Assembly: GCA_937910235.1 (NCBI GenBank)
Contig: CALENB010000329.1
Location: forward strand, 871-64,870
Length of the DNA stretch: 64,000 nt
Direction: 5' to 3'
Source of the DNA: an uncultured Myxococcales bacterium
Lineage (GTDB): Bacteria; Myxococcota_A; UBA9042
In this document: positions 40,472 through 49,580 of the stretch, in pieces
Position numbering within the stretch: position 1 is the first letter of the stretch
How the letters are laid out: every line of letters begins with the position of its first letter
Position numbers and translations under genes: made by a program
Notes under the pieces: model-generated
Databases searched by the model: none
What the model saw: only the letters and a program-made list of their open reading frames with translations
What the model was told of the DNA's origin: nothing

Positions 40472-41969
40472 GCAGCGCCGCGATGAGGCGCTCGGCCTCG
40501 GCGAGTCGGGCCCAGTCCGGGCCGCTCGGATCGGGGGTGCACGTGGCGCTCGCCGCCAAGATCTCGCCCTGAAAATGCGGCGCGGCGACCGCGGCCAACC
40601 GGGTCGCGGCGACGGGCACCTCCAGCAAGTGCAGGTCCGGCGCGGCCTTGCGCAGGGCCACATCGCGCAGGCCGTCTCGCACCGCTAAGGCCTTGGCGCC
40701 GCCGTTGCCCGAGGCCGCGCGGATGGCGTCAGCCCGGCGTTTTCGCGCGCTGCCGATGCTGAGCGGTTGCAGCTCCGTCGCCGTGGCTGAGGTCGGCAGC
40801 TGCGCCGCGCTCGCGCCGGGTCGATGGCTGGGCAGCCGCCACGCCGCGCCGAGCAGCGTGATCAGCCGCGCCTGCGGGGTCGGCGCCCGTCGCGCGGCTT
40901 GGCGCAGCGCCGCGACGAGCAGCAGCGCGTGTACCCCGGTGCCGCTTGGGCTCGGGTCGACCAGGGTCATGTCGGCGGCGGCGAGCGAGAGGCCGTCCCA
41001 CAGCGCGTCGGGATGCACGCCGCGATCGAGCGCGGCGCGCACCTCGGCCTCCAGGGCGTCGCCACGCGCCAAGCGGGCCAGCTTGCGCAGGGCGCGGCTC
41101 TCGCTCATCTGGCGGATGCCCTGCTGCCAGCGCTCACCGGCCTGCGCGACCAGCTTCTGCTGCCGAGCGAACGCCTGCATCGCCGCCGGTCTCGGCGGCG
41201 CCTGCCACGTGCCGGGCGGCTGCAGCCGGCTCGCGACCTGGTCGAGCACCGCGTCGGCGGCGTGCCACTTCACCGTGCGCAGCAGATCGAGGCTGGCGAC
41301 GATGAGGTGCGCGCTGTGGCCACCAAACCCGTCGTCACGCGCGGCCATCCGCAGCAGCTCGGCGGTGACGGCCTCTTGGCCCCAACGCTGATGCAGCGCG
41401 CGCACGTGGATGCGCACCTGGTCGGCGTGTAGCGCGTCAAAGTGGCCTCGCAGCGCCTCGGACAGCTCGCTCAGCGAGCGCCCAAGCATCTCCCGGGGCA
41501 CCGGCTGGCGCGGCGGCATAGCCTTCCAGGCGAGTCGATGCGCCACGCTCAGATCGACGGCGCGAAACAACGCCAGCAGGCGCTCGTTCGGCGCCAGCTC
41601 GCGCTCGATCGCGAGCACCGCGTGCAGGGCGAGGCCGCCGTGCACGTCACCGTCGACCTCGGCCCAGTGCTCGACCAGGGCCGCGCGCAGCTGATCGTGG
41701 GAGAGGCCGCGTTCGATCAAGCTCGCCGCGCACGGCAGGGCGTTGTCGGGCGTGGCCGTCTGCAGCGCTGTGACGGCCTCTGCGATGGTGGGGCGCCGCG
41801 ACTTTGGCGGCTTTTTACCCGGATTCCCGGCCTTGTCGCGGTCGCAGCCAGCCAATCCGACTGTGCCCAATCCGACGGCACCCAAGCACGCGCTCGCGCG
41901 GCGAAAGAACGTGCGGCGTGTCCACACCGCCGGCTCGGGCGTGCAGATCGGGCTCGACGGTCGGCGCAT
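40461..41969 (-). CDS. Tat-exported helical lipoprotein with repeated His motifs, function unknown
   Basis: TRRTFF twin-arginine motif plus LAGC lipobox; DVHGG, GGHSAH, GVHAL and DLHLL motifs; ATG lies 2 nt after the GST stop. Confidence 0.7.
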   Translation of the reverse strand: MRRPSSPICTPEPAVWTRRTFFRRASACLGAVGLGTVGLAGCDRDKAGNPGKKPPKSRRPTIAEAVTALQTATPDNALPCAASLIERGLSHDQLRAALVEHWAEVDGDVHGGLALHAVLAIERELAPNERLLALFRAVDLSVAHRLAWKAMPPRQPVPREMLGRSLSELSEALRGHFDALHADQVRIHVRALHQRWGQEAVTAELLRMAARDDGFGGHSAHLIVASLDLLRTVKWHAADAVLDQVASRLQPPGTWQAPPRPAAMQAFARQQKLVAQAGERWQQGIRQMSESRALRKLARLARGDALEAEVRAALDRGVHPDALWDGLSLAAADMTLVDPSPSGTGVHALLLVAALRQAARRAPTPQARLITLLGAAWRLPSHRPGASAAQLPTSATATELQPLSIGSARKRRADAIRAASGNGGAKALAVRDGLRDVALRKAAPDLHLLEVPVAATRLAAVAAPHFQGEILAASATCTPDPSGPDWARLAEAERLIAALRGH

Positions 41970-41971
41970 GG

Positions 41972-42688
41972 TCACCCCGCTCGCTGGCCAAAGAGGCTCG
42001 GCGCTACGTCGCGCGTCGGGCTGCCCTTGCCCTGCAGATAGGCCACAAATCGGTCGTGAATGTCCGGCACCGTCGACTTCTTCACCGCCGCCAGCCCAAC
42101 CAAATGTTTGCCCCAGGCGTGCACTTTGGGGGTGTCCGAGAAGATGCCCAGCTCCGGCCACAGCGCCTCAAGCCAGAGCAGACGCTGCAGCGCTGGCGCG
42201 AGGGCCGTGTCGATCAGGCTGAGTGTTTTGTCGGCGAAGAACGGGCCGTCGCCCAACCCAGCCTCGAAGCGGGCGAGCGCGGTGCGGGTGGCGGCGAGGT
42301 GGGTCTGCAGCGCCTCGTCATCTTTGGCCATCGACAGCTGATAGCCGGCCATGAGCAGCGCCGAGCCATACTCGATCCAGGCGCGGTGCAGGCCACGGGT
42401 CAGTGGGTCGCTCGGGTGCAGGCGGCCAAGGCCAGCCTCGTCGGAGACCTCGTCGAGGTACTCGTTGATGACGGCGGACTCAAAGAGCACCGTCTGCTCG
42501 CCGTCTTCTTCCACCAGCAGCAGCGGCACCTTGCCGAAGGGCGAGATCGCCAGGAACCACTCGGGTTTGTCGAAGAGATCGATGTAGCGCGTCTCGTGCG
42601 CCAAGCCTTTGTGCTGCAGCGTGATGGCCGACCGCTGCACAAAGGGGCACAGGTCGAAGGAGACGAGGGTGTGGGTCCGCTTGCTCAT
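41972..42688 (-). CDS. Glutathione S-transferase (Cys-type, omega-like)
   Basis: SFDLCPFVQR, KPEWFLAISPFGKVPLL, LFESAVINEYLDE, GPFF. Confidence 0.92.
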   Translation of the reverse strand: MSKRTHTLVSFDLCPFVQRSAITLQHKGLAHETRYIDLFDKPEWFLAISPFGKVPLLLVEEDGEQTVLFESAVINEYLDEVSDEAGLGRLHPSDPLTRGLHRAWIEYGSALLMAGYQLSMAKDDEALQTHLAATRTALARFEAGLGDGPFFADKTLSLIDTALAPALQRLLWLEALWPELGIFSDTPKVHAWGKHLVGLAAVKKSTVPDIHDRFVAYLQGKGSPTRDVAPSLFGQRAG

Positions 42689-42775
42689 GGTCGCTCCAGG
42701 GTACATCAGAGTCGGAAGGTGTCCGGGCCGGTTGGGGCCATACCTAACCCCCCCATCCCGCCGTTTATTCGCCGT

Positions 42776-43717
42776 CTAAGCGGTGCGCTCCCGGCCGCCA
42801 AGCAACAGGTACAGCCCGCCCAGCGCGGCCACCACCAACCCCGCGATGAGCTGCGCCCAGGCCCAGCCGATGACGCCAGGCTCCAGCACCGACACGCTCG
42901 GATCCTTGGGGTCGACAAACACCTTGATCTTCTCGCCGACGCGATGGGCGCGCACCGGATCGCCCTGACCACCGGCGAACCGCACCTGGCGGCTGGTGTG
43001 CCAGGCGCCGCCTGCCTTGTAGTGGTAGGCGAAGAGCTGCTCATAGCGGTCCGGCTCGCGGCTGACCAGCTCGGATTTGCACAGCGTGACCTCGCCGTCG
43101 ACCGGCTGCCAGTGTTGCGCCTCGGCGTCCCGGGCGACGCGCTGTCCGATCCATCCCGCGAAGCCCACGCCGGCGATGAGAAAGGCCATGCCCGCGAGCT
43201 GGCCGCGGATCCGGCTGCGTTTGGCGACGGCTTGGTCGGCCGGCGGCGCGGTGTCGTCCGGTGTCGTCAGGGCTGGGTCCAGCTCGGGTGGCACCTCGCC
43301 GCGGAGGTGGGCGAGCGCCGCGGCGCTGAGCAGCTGCGGTCGCTCAGCGCCGGGCAGAAAGCCCTCCAGCGTCGCCAAATCACCCGGCAGGGCTGGCAGA
43401 CTGGCGATGAAGGCCAGCGCCGCCGCGGTGGGATCGGCGGCTTGCGACGTGGCCACAGCCGTGGCGCTTGGCGGCGTGGTGGCGCCCCGTCGCGCGGGGT
43501 TCGCTGGGGTCGGCGCGCCGCTGGGCTGATCCCAGTTGAAGCGCGCGACGGTCGGCGGGCGCGCGGTGCTCGTGGCGTCAGCTCGGTCTGTGCGCGCGAG
43601 GCTGCCGCCGCCGGTGACGCTCCGGGTCGCTTGGCGTCGACGCCCAGACTTCGGGCTTTGAGGTGCCGGCGTGTGTTTGCGGACCGCCTTCTTGCGCTTG
43701 TTGTGTGGCTTGACCAA
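42776..43717 (-). CDS. DUF3592-like membrane protein with disordered N-terminus
   Basis: TM, then W.PV.GEV, Y.Y.AGG..H, VGEKIKVFVDPKDPSVSVL, then TM. Start uncertain. Confidence 0.7.
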   Translation of the reverse strand: MVKPHNKRKKAVRKHTPAPQSPKSGRRRQATRSVTGGGSLARTDRADATSTARPPTVARFNWDQPSGAPTPANPARRGATTPPSATAVATSQAADPTAAALAFIASLPALPGDLATLEGFLPGAERPQLLSAAALAHLRGEVPPELDPALTTPDDTAPPADQAVAKRSRIRGQLAGMAFLIAGVGFAGWIGQRVARDAEAQHWQPVDGEVTLCKSELVSREPDRYEQLFAYHYKAGGAWHTSRQVRFAGGQGDPVRAHRVGEKIKVFVDPKDPSVSVLEPGVIGWAWAQLIAGLVVAALGGLYLLLGGRERTA

Positions 43718-43880
43718 AGGGCGTCCTGATCGTGAGGCGGACCGGCGTGCAGTCGTCGGCGTGGCGGCAGCCTACGTCATCCCACCGCCGCTGGGCAGAT
43801 GACCAACTGGGCTGGGTTGCCGGTAGCCGCTGGTAGAGGTGTGCGCTAGGGTTCGCGCGTGCCAGCCAGAGGAGTTGTCC

Positions 43881-46800
43881 ATGCGAGTCATCCCCACCAG
43901 ATACGGCCAACTACGCGGCGGCGCTCGACTTCGGTCGCTCGCGTTGCTGGCGCTGGTCCTGGCGCTTCCGAGCGCTTGCGCGAGCGCGCCCGACGCCGAC
44001 ACCAGCGCCCTCGCGGCCTGCAGCGTCGCAACGGACTGCGCGGTTTTTGACGATGGCGACCCCTGCACCGGCGTCTGGGTCTGCGCGGCCGGCACCTGCG
44101 CGCTCGACACCGCGACCGTGGTGCGCTGCGCGACCGACAAGGACGGGCTGTGCGCCACCAACGTCTGCGACGCCAAGACCGCGACCTGCGCGCTGATCCC
44201 CCGCAATGACGGCGCCGCGTGCGAAGACGGCGACCCTTGCACGATCGGCGACGCGTGCGCGACCGGCGGCTGCAAGGCTGGGGTCGCCAACACATGCGCC
44301 TGCAGCGTCACGGCGGACTGCGTCAAGCGCGAAGACGATGACGTGTGTAATGGCACGCTCTACTGCGACACGGCGACGTTTCCCTATCAGTGCGTCGTCA
44401 ACCCAGCGACCGTGGTGATCTGCCCCGACGGCGGCGGCTGCAAGATCGCCAGCTGCGACCCGAGCGACGGCAGCTGCAGCGCCGTCTCCAAGCCCGATCT
44501 GACGGCCTGCGACGACGGCGAGCTCTGCACACAGAAGGATTACTGCGCCAAGGGCAGCTGTGTCGGTGGCCAGAACACCTGCACCTGCACGACCGACGGC
44601 GACTGCGCAGCGCAGGAGGACGGCGACCTGTGCAGCGGCACGCTGTACTGCGAGAAGATCAGCGGCAGCTGCAAGGTGAACCCGACGAGCGTGGTGGTGT
44701 GTCCGGTGCTGGGCAACACGGCGTGCAGCCAGCGGGTCTGCCAGCCGGCGACGGGGTTGTGTCTGCTTAACGCGGTGAATCAAGGCAAGGGCTGCGATGA
44801 TGGCGACGCGTGCACGACGGCCGAGGTCTGCCAGGGCGGCTTGTGCGCCGGGGGCACGGACACCTGCGCGTGCACGGCCGACAGCGACTGCAAAAAGGCG
44901 GAAGATGGCAACGCCTGCAACGGCACGCTGTTCTGCAATAAACAAAACGGCGTCTGCACGGTGAACCCGGCGACGGTGGTGACCTGCCCAAACGGCGCAG
45001 ATACGGCCTGCAAGGTGAACGCGTGCGCGCTGGCGACCGGCACGTGTAGCCCGACGGCCGTCGAGTTGAGCAAGCAGATCTGCACCGCCAAGACGGAGAT
45101 CACGCCAGAGACCTGTCGGATCGAGGTCCTACCGAGCGGCGCGCCATCACCGACGGTGCTGTGTGACGACGGCGATCCCTGCACCGCCTCGGACACCTGC
45201 GCCAAAGGCAGCTGCAGCGCCGGCACCCAGGTCTGCACGTGCAAGACGGACGGCGATTGCGCCAAGACCGACGACGGTGACCTCTGCAACGGCGTGCCGT
45301 TCTGCGATAAGGGCAGCGGCACCTGCAAACCCAACCCGGCCACGGTCATCACCTGCCCGACCGTCGACGACACCGCGTGCCTCAAGCGCAGCTGCGACGC
45401 CAAGACCGGCAAGTGTCCGCTCAAAGCCCTGGAAAACGGCGATTTTTGCGAGGACGGCAGCGCCTGCACCAAGGGCGACGTGTGCGTATTTGGTCAGTGT
45501 AACCCCGGCGCCAACACCTGCGAATGCCAGACCAACAGCGATTGCCTCAGCAAGGACGACGGTGATCTGTGCAACGGCGTGCCGTATTGCGACAAGACCG
45601 ACCCGAAGAAACCGGCGTGCAAGGCGAACGCGGCGTCGGTGGTGTTCTGCCTGCCCGGCGACGCCCCGTGCGCGACGCAGGTCTGTAATCCTGGCACCGG
45701 CGCCTGCCAACCCAAGCCCGTGGTGGACGGCAAAGCGTGCGACGACGGCACGGTGTGCACCAAGAGCTCGGCCTGCCAAGGCGGCGCGTGCAAGGCGACG
45801 AGCGCGCTGCAGTGTGATGACAACAACGCTTGTACGTTCGACACGTGTGACGCCAAGACCGGCTGCAGCAACGTGCAGGCCAACTGCGTCGACGGCAACA
45901 GCTGCACGACCGACGGCTGCGATGCCAAGACCGGCGTCTGCAGCTTCCCCGAACGGGCCAAGGGCAGCCCCTGCGACGCCGACCAGAGCGGCTGCACCAT
46001 CGGCGACAGCTGCGTCGATGGCGCGTGTAAGGCGGGACCGGCGGTCGTCTGTCAGCTTGGCACCAAGGCCTGTGAGCAGGCGGTGTGCCAAGCCAAGGCC
46101 AGCGACGCCTATCAGTGCGTGGTCGCGGCGAAGGGGGATGGCGCGGCGTGTGATGACGGCGACGTCTGCTCGCTGAGCTCGACGTGCAGCAAGGGCGTGT
46201 GCACCGCGACGCCCGGCAGCGTCGGGCTCTTCTCAACAGGCTACGACCCGGGGGCCGGGATGAAAGGCAGCCTGCGCGCCATCGCGGCTCTGGACGGCGG
46301 CGACTACCTGCTCGGCGGCGTGATCACGGGTAAATCGGCCGCGGACGCGAGCTGGCTGCTCCGGGTCGGCGCCGACGGCAAGGTGAAGTGGCAGCGCAAG
46401 CAGACGGCCAAGGACGGCAAGGGCGCCGGCGAGATCGTCGCGTTGCTGCCGGTGAGCACGGTGGCCGTGGCGGCGCTCCGCAACCAGCCTGCGGGCGACG
46501 CGTACATCGATGTGGTGGGCCTCGATGGCAAAACCGTGGTGTTGACCGCGGCGGTCAAAGCGACGAGCGGCACGATCGCGCTCGCGGGTGGGGTGGCGCT
46601 GGCGGACGGCAGCTTGCTGCTCGGCGGCACACGCAGCTCCGGCGCCAGCGACTATCCGTGGGCTGGGCGGGTGACCGCGTCCGGCGTGCCGATGTGGGCC
46701 GGAGACGCGGCGCAGAAGTTCATCGGGCGGGTGATTCAGACCGCCGCGCCGGCTGGCGATCTGGTGCTGCTCGGCGAGAGCGGCGTCGGGGTCGGGGCGC

Positions 46801-49550
46801 GCGCGTGGGCGGGTCAGGTCTCCCCCAGCGGCAAGCTGATGTGGCAGCTGGCGTTGCCCGGCCACGCTGGCGACCGACTTACGGCGGCGACACGTGCGCC
46901 CGGCGGTGGGCTGCTCTTGGTCGGCACGCGGCGGATCACCACGAAACCACGGGGGTTCATGGTGTCGCTCGCCGAGGATGGTCAAGTGCGGTGGCTCCGC
47001 GAGGCGCCGAACCCGAGCTTCTCGACGGGTGTGGTCGGGCTGGGCGATCACGGCGTGCGGATCGTCGGTCGCTCCATCGTCGCCGCGAAGCAGTTTCACG
47101 CGCTGGCGATCGGCGCCGACGGGCTTGGTAATCCGGTCTTTTCGCGCACGATCACGGGCGCACCGATCGCGGAGGCCCTCGCCGTCATCGGCCACATCGA
47201 CGACAGCGTCGCCGTCGTCGGCTACCAGACCGATGCGGTCGGCCAGCAGCAAGGCTTCCTCTGGCGGGTCGGCGCGTTTGGTCATGAGTCGTGTTCAGGG
47301 CAGGGCAAGTGCGCCGGTAAGCAGCTCGCCGATTGTGACGACGGCGAACCCTGCACGGCGAACCACTGCGCGGCGGCGATCGGCTGCGTGTATGCCCCAG
47401 GCGCGGGCTACGCCTGCGATCCCGATGACGGCTGCCATCTCGACGGGGTCTGCGCGCTTCAGGCCTGCAAACCCGGGGCGAGGACGCGCCTCTTCACCCG
47501 CACCGGCGCCGCGACGGGCAACACCCGGCGCTGGACCGGCAGCCTCAGCCTGGCGCCGTCGGGTTGGCTGCTCTTTGGCCAGGACGACACCTACAAACCC
47601 GTGGTCGAGCGGGTAGACGCCACGGGCACGCCGCTCTGGTCGACGACGTTCCCCGACATCGACAAGTACACCGTCGCCATCCCCACCACGATCGGCGGCG
47701 CGGTGGCGACGGCGGACGGTGGCGCGGTGCTCGCGCTCAACCTGTACCGAACGGGTTTTGCGAACCGGTACGCCGGCGCCCGCAAGATCGACGCGGCTGG
47801 CGAGGAGGTCTGGCAGTTTGGCACCAACCCGAAGCTGGTGCAGGTCGATGGCCAGGCCAGCGATCTGGTCGGCATCCCGGGGAGCGCCGACGTGGTGCTG
47901 GTGACCCAGAAAGACGGCAGCACAGCGACGATTCGGCTCGACGCAGCGGGCAAGAAGGTCTGGACGTCGAACACCTACTACAGCACCCAGTTCAAGCAGA
48001 AGATCGCCGAAGACCGCCGCGCTACCGCCTTGGGCCTCAGCGACGGCGGCGCGATCGTTGGTGTGACCCTCGCTGCGCCGGGTAGCGGTGACGCGGGGCC
48101 GTGGCGGCCGCATCTGCATCGCATCAACGGCCTAGGCGTGGTGACGTGGCATCGTGATCTGGACCAGATCGGCGCCGCCAAGCTGTCGCGCTTAGTCCGC
48201 CGGACAGACGGCGCGCTGCTCGCCGTCGGCTGGATCCCGACGCCTGCGCAGGAGGCCTCCCGGCTCTGGCTGGCGCGGTTCGACGAGGCGGGCAAGGTGT
48301 TGTGGCAGCGGGATCACAGGCTCGACGCGGAGCCGCGCGGTGTATCGGCGACGCCCGACGGCGGCCTGATCTTGCTCGGCACACAGCAGACGGCGTCCAA
48401 AACCCACGCCTTTCAGCTGGTGAAGGTTGGCCCAGGCGGCGGTGTGTGGTGGCAGCGCGCCCTCGCGCCGGCTGGCGTCTCGGCGCAGGCGGGCAGCTGG
48501 GACAGCGTCGGAGTCACCGCCGACGGCGGGCTGCTCGCGGTCGGCGCCTCCGCGGCCGGCACCCAGGCGTCGCAGGCGTTGATGATGCGTTTGGACCCGT
48601 GGGGCCACGTCAGCTGTGCGGAGGCGGGCACGTGCGGCAAACAGGTGGGCAACGTCAAGACCAAGAGCTGCGACGACGCCAAGCCGTGCACCGTCGACCG
48701 CTGCGACCCCAAAACTGGGGATTGTAGCCACACACCCGCGGCGGATGGGCTGGCGTGCGGCGACGCCAAGGTCTGCGTCGCTAGCGTGTGCACCGCCGAG
48801 CCCGAGGGGATGATCTTGGTCGCCAAGGGCAGCTTCTACATGGGCTGCAACGTGGCGGTGGAGACGTGCGGCGCCTACGAGCAGCCCGTGCGCAAGCTGG
48901 CCATGGCGAGCTTCTGGATGCAGCGCGGCGAGGCGACGTTTGGTCAGCTCAAGGGCTGCAGCGATCTGGGCAAGTGCGCCGTGCCCTATAAGTACACCAT
49001 CGCCGCCCACGATCTACCGATCAGCGACATCTCTTGGGTCGCGGCCCAGGCGTACTGCGGCTTCATCGGCGGGCGGCTGCCGTCCGAGGCGGAGTGGGAA
49101 TACGCCGCGAAGGGCAGCTGCGCGATGATCGACGGCGACTGCGCCAAGGGCATGCCCGTGCACTATCGGCCTCTCACGATGAGCGCGTGTTCCTGGGCCA
49201 AAAGCACGCCAGCGTGGTCGTACGCCTACGGCTGCGGCAACAAAGTGCTGCACCGCGCCGGTCAGGCCAGCGGCGATCGCAGCCCGTGGGGGGTCCTCGA
49301 TCTGATGGGCAGCATGCAGGAGTACACCCACGACTATTTTGACACCGAGAGCTACAAGCTCGACTTCGCGCTGTTTCCGTTCGGCAAGGTGAACCCGACG
49401 AACCCGAACAACCGGGTCGTGCGCGGGGGCCACTTCTATGCGGGGACGCTCGACAAGGCGTATCGCCTCGCGTTGCGGACCAACGCCAACGCGGGCGGCC
49501 ATCAGTATTCTGGCTTTCGCTGCGTGATCCCGATCCCAGTGACGCCGTAG
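43881..49550 (+). CDS. 1889-aa Cys-rich lipoprotein with two propellers and a C-terminal FGE-sulfatase (SUMF1) domain
   Basis: GAGGAG RBS; PSAC lipobox-like motif; GSFYMGC, RLPSEAEWEYAAKG, SPWGVLDLMGS, RVVRGG, GFRCV. Confidence 0.9.
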   Translation: MRVIPTRYGQLRGGARLRSLALLALVLALPSACASAPDADTSALAACSVATDCAVFDDGDPCTGVWVCAAGTCALDTATVVRCATDKDGLCATNVCDAKTATCALIPRNDGAACEDGDPCTIGDACATGGCKAGVANTCACSVTADCVKREDDDVCNGTLYCDTATFPYQCVVNPATVVICPDGGGCKIASCDPSDGSCSAVSKPDLTACDDGELCTQKDYCAKGSCVGGQNTCTCTTDGDCAAQEDGDLCSGTLYCEKISGSCKVNPTSVVVCPVLGNTACSQRVCQPATGLCLLNAVNQGKGCDDGDACTTAEVCQGGLCAGGTDTCACTADSDCKKAEDGNACNGTLFCNKQNGVCTVNPATVVTCPNGADTACKVNACALATGTCSPTAVELSKQICTAKTEITPETCRIEVLPSGAPSPTVLCDDGDPCTASDTCAKGSCSAGTQVCTCKTDGDCAKTDDGDLCNGVPFCDKGSGTCKPNPATVITCPTVDDTACLKRSCDAKTGKCPLKALENGDFCEDGSACTKGDVCVFGQCNPGANTCECQTNSDCLSKDDGDLCNGVPYCDKTDPKKPACKANAASVVFCLPGDAPCATQVCNPGTGACQPKPVVDGKACDDGTVCTKSSACQGGACKATSALQCDDNNACTFDTCDAKTGCSNVQANCVDGNSCTTDGCDAKTGVCSFPERAKGSPCDADQSGCTIGDSCVDGACKAGPAVVCQLGTKACEQAVCQAKASDAYQCVVAAKGDGAACDDGDVCSLSSTCSKGVCTATPGSVGLFSTGYDPGAGMKGSLRAIAALDGGDYLLGGVITGKSAADASWLLRVGADGKVKWQRKQTAKDGKGAGEIVALLPVSTVAVAALRNQPAGDAYIDVVGLDGKTVVLTAAVKATSGTIALAGGVALADGSLLLGGTRSSGASDYPWAGRVTASGVPMWAGDAAQKFIGRVIQTAAPAGDLVLLGESGVGVGARAWAGQVSPSGKLMWQLALPGHAGDRLTAATRAPGGGLLLVGTRRITTKPRGFMVSLAEDGQVRWLREAPNPSFSTGVVGLGDHGVRIVGRSIVAAKQFHALAIGADGLGNPVFSRTITGAPIAEALAVIGHIDDSVAVVGYQTDAVGQQQGFLWRVGAFGHESCSGQGKCAGKQLADCDDGEPCTANHCAAAIGCVYAPGAGYACDPDDGCHLDGVCALQACKPGARTRLFTRTGAATGNTRRWTGSLSLAPSGWLLFGQDDTYKPVVERVDATGTPLWSTTFPDIDKYTVAIPTTIGGAVATADGGAVLALNLYRTGFANRYAGARKIDAAGEEVWQFGTNPKLVQVDGQASDLVGIPGSADVVLVTQKDGSTATIRLDAAGKKVWTSNTYYSTQFKQKIAEDRRATALGLSDGGAIVGVTLAAPGSGDAGPWRPHLHRINGLGVVTWHRDLDQIGAAKLSRLVRRTDGALLAVGWIPTPAQEASRLWLARFDEAGKVLWQRDHRLDAEPRGVSATPDGGLILLGTQQTASKTHAFQLVKVGPGGGVWWQRALAPAGVSAQAGSWDSVGVTADGGLLAVGASAAGTQASQALMMRLDPWGHVSCAEAGTCGKQVGNVKTKSCDDAKPCTVDRCDPKTGDCSHTPAADGLACGDAKVCVASVCTAEPEGMILVAKGSFYMGCNVAVETCGAYEQPVRKLAMASFWMQRGEATFGQLKGCSDLGKCAVPYKYTIAAHDLPISDISWVAAQAYCGFIGGRLPSEAEWEYAAKGSCAMIDGDCAKGMPVHYRPLTMSACSWAKSTPAWSYAYGCGNKVLHRAGQASGDRSPWGVLDLMGSMQEYTHDYFDTESYKLDFALFPFGKVNPTNPNNRVVRGGHFYAGTLDKAYRLALRTNANAGGHQYSGFRCVIPIPVTP

Positions 49551-49580
49551 CGACCATTGTGGCGCGTCGGGAACCCGCCG

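Noticed and set aside
49400-49550. Diversity-generating retroelement target in the FGE-sulfatase C-terminus
   Set aside because: The fold is a typical DGR target, but no template repeat or reverse transcriptase was seen in the window. A remote DGR cannot be excluded.
18634-49550. CRISPR array or REP elements from recurring tgcgacgacggc
   Set aside because: These are codons for CDDG inside long ORFs, with synonymous variation and irregular spacing.
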